A stretch of 25,952 bases of DNA, taken from positions 1 to 25,952 of the forward strand of contig CAZCON010000001.1 of NCBI GenBank assembly GCA_964500085.1. The letters are read 5' to 3'. A model generated the notes under the pieces. That model worked only from the letters and a program-made list of their open reading frames with translations. It searched no databases and had not been told where the DNA came from. The translations under genes and the position numbers were made by a program. Position 1 is the stretch's first letter; each line of letters opens with the position of its first letter. This document shows, in pieces, positions 24,219-25,952 of the stretch. The DNA is from an uncultured Lachnospiraceae bacterium (GTDB taxonomy: Bacteria; Bacillota; Clostridia; Lachnospirales; Lachnospiraceae).

Positions 24219-25388
24219 ATGAAAATCGGATTGTTTACAGATACCTACTATCCGGAAATTAACGGCGTGGCCGCATCGGTTTTTTTGTTGCGGCAGGAGC
24301 TGGAAAAACGGGGACATGAGGTATATGTGTTTACGACAACGGAGCCGGATGCACCGGAGTCTGAAGAACGCGTGTACCGTGTTCCAAGCCTGTCCTGCAA
24401 ATTTTTAAGTGAACGCCGGGTAGGAATGTTTTATCAGCACAAGCTGGATACGATTATTCGGGGAATTGGTCTTGATGTAATTCATACCCATACAGAATTC
24501 GGTCTGGGAATTTTCGGGCGTATTATTGCAACGGAGCATAAAATACCTACAGTGCATACCTATCATACAATTTATGAAAATTACACCCACTACATTGCTC
24601 CAATCCGGGTACTGGATAACCGGGCGAAGGCGTTTGCGAGAAGATATTCCAGATTTTTTTGCAATCATGGCGGACATGTTATTGTACCAACAGAAAAGGT
24701 AAAGCATTTACTGGAGCAGTATAAGGTGCGGACGGAAATTTCGGTTGTTCCGACCGGAATTGATTTGACAAAATTTGACAGGGCGCAATACGAAGAAGGA
24801 CTGCTCGCAGAAAAGAGAGCCGAGCTTGGTCTTTCGGGGAGGGAAAAGGTTATTCTGTATGTGGGCAGGGTGGCACCGGAGAAAAATATTGAGGAAATTA
24901 TGCGGATGCTGCCGGCGTTTTTGAAGGAGCATACAGATGCAAGATTTATGATAGTGGGAAACGGTCCGGCGCTTGCCGGATTAAAGCATCTGGCAGAGCA
25001 GGAGAATATTTCCGAACAGGTGATTTTTGCAGGAGCGAAGCCGTGGGATGAAATTGGAGCCTATTATGCACTGGGAGATGTGTTTGTCAGTGCGTCCCAG
25101 AGCGAAACACAGGGTTTGACCTACATAGAGGCCATGGCGGCCGGTCTGCCGGTTGTGGCAAAAAAGGATGATTGTCTGCAAAACGTGTTGGAAGATGGTA
25201 AAAACGGGTTTGCCTATGAGAAAAGGGAGGAGTTTCTGAACGGTCTTTCGCAGGTGCTGTATGACGGAGCACAGGAGTCATACCGTCTGGCGGCCCTTTC
25301 TGCGGTGAAGCCTTATTCCAAGGAGGTTTATGCAGAGCGGATTGAACAGATTTACTTATGGAAGAAAAAATCTTTTCATTCCGTATAA
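24219..25388 (+). CDS. GT4 glycosyltransferase, similar to 1,2-diacylglycerol 3-alpha-glucosyltransferase
   Basis: MKIGLFTDTYYPEINGV, HTHTEF, HTYHTIYENY, YVGRVAPEKN, ETQGLTYIEAMAAGLPVV. RBS GAGGGG before ATG 24219. Confidence 0.9.
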   Translation: MKIGLFTDTYYPEINGVAASVFLLRQELEKRGHEVYVFTTTEPDAPESEERVYRVPSLSCKFLSERRVGMFYQHKLDTIIRGIGLDVIHTHTEFGLGIFGRIIATEHKIPTVHTYHTIYENYTHYIAPIRVLDNRAKAFARRYSRFFCNHGGHVIVPTEKVKHLLEQYKVRTEISVVPTGIDLTKFDRAQYEEGLLAEKRAELGLSGREKVILYVGRVAPEKNIEEIMRMLPAFLKEHTDARFMIVGNGPALAGLKHLAEQENISEQVIFAGAKPWDEIGAYYALGDVFVSASQSETQGLTYIEAMAAGLPVVAKKDDCLQNVLEDGKNGFAYEKREEFLNGLSQVLYDGAQESYRLAALSAVKPYSKEVYAERIEQIYLWKKKSFHSV

Positions 25389-25484
25389 ATGGTGGTATAC
25401 TATAGATAATGTTCAAAACAGGGGAATTTTTTAAAATGCATTGAAATGCCGGGATTGTTCCGGCAGCGTTGCGAGGAGGTACTT

Positions 25485-25952
25485 ATGAAAAAGGTTGAAG
25501 ATTATGTAAGAACAATTCCGGATTTTCCGGTGCCGGGGATTATGTTCCGTGATATTACCACGGTGTTGCAGGATGCGGATGGATTTCGGCTTGCCATTGA
25601 AGAATTGCAGAGGAAGATAGAAAATGTTGAATTTGATGTAGTGGTGGGAGCTGAGTCCAGAGGCTTTATTTTTGGCGCGCCGCTTGCGTATCATCTGCAC
25701 AAGGCGTTTGTGCCGGTTCGGAAAAAAGGAAAGCTTCCGTGCGAGACCGTGGAGGCCACCTATGAGCTGGAATATGGTACGGCCACCATAGAAATGCATA
25801 AGGATTCCATAAAGCCGGGACAGAGGGTGGTTCTGGTAGATGACCTGATTGCAACGGGTGGGACGACAGAGGCAGCCATCCGGATGATTGAACAGCTTGG
25901 AGGCAAGGTGGTGAAGGTTCTGTTTTTACTTGAGCTTGCAGGTCTGGAGGGC
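25485..25952 (+). CDS. apt: Adenine phosphoribosyltransferase, partial (runs off the right edge)
   Basis: Manual translation: MKKVEDYVRTIPDFPVPGIMFRDITT...ESRGFIFG...RKKGKLP...YELEYG...VLVDDLIATGGT. RBS GAGGAGG. Not in the ORF track. Confidence 0.96.
   Translation, partial: MKKVEDYVRTIPDFPVPGIMFRDITTVLQDADGFRLAIEELQRKIENVEFDVVVGAESRGFIFGAPLAYHLHKAFVPVRKKGKLPCETVEATYELEYGTATIEMHKDSIKPGQRVVLVDDLIATGGTTEAAIRMIEQLGGKVVKVLFLLELAGLEG

Noticed and set aside
25405-25470. PurBox-like GAACATTA (minus strand) and small hairpins in the apt leader
   Set aside because: The core CGAA is mismatched, there is no second box, and the hairpins do not fit a purine riboswitch.
1-25952. CRISPR array, tRNA/rRNA genes, IS elements or prophage genes
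   Set aside because: I saw no regularly spaced repeats, RNA gene signatures, or transposase, integrase or phage structural motifs.

Overview
A 26 kb chromosomal window with a gene set typical of Clostridia, most likely Lachnospiraceae (inferred from gene families and order). Almost all genes are on the + strand. I found no CRISPR array, rRNA/tRNA gene, transposase or integrase. Gene order: partial divergent regulator missing from the ORF track (1-490, minus); GH2 glycosidase with beta-glucuronidase motifs plus a GPH-family permease; NudC-like Nudix; polar amino acid ABC transporter; Gly/Cys-rich small protein behind a SigK-like promoter (minus); GT2-LicD fusion plus a second LicD; flavin reductase-like protein; small membrane protein; HAD phosphatase; sce7726-like protein; small 4-Cys protein (minus); DUF5662-like HD protein; pfl locus; PurO-type IMP cyclohydrolase plus stand-alone AICAR transformylase; BlaI-like repressor, sensor-less M56 peptidase and a secreted protein; M18 aminopeptidase; dUTPase; GT4; partial apt. 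The best candidate for an undescribed system is the pyruvate formate-lyase locus. The Cys-Cys barrel core and the glycyl-radical domain are encoded as two polypeptides. The core ends in a novel CC-containing tail, and the separate 79-aa RVSGY protein has its own strong RBS and is translationally coupled to pflA. The core also has an independent 1-nt deletion near 15964, which is either a sequencing error or a real lesion.
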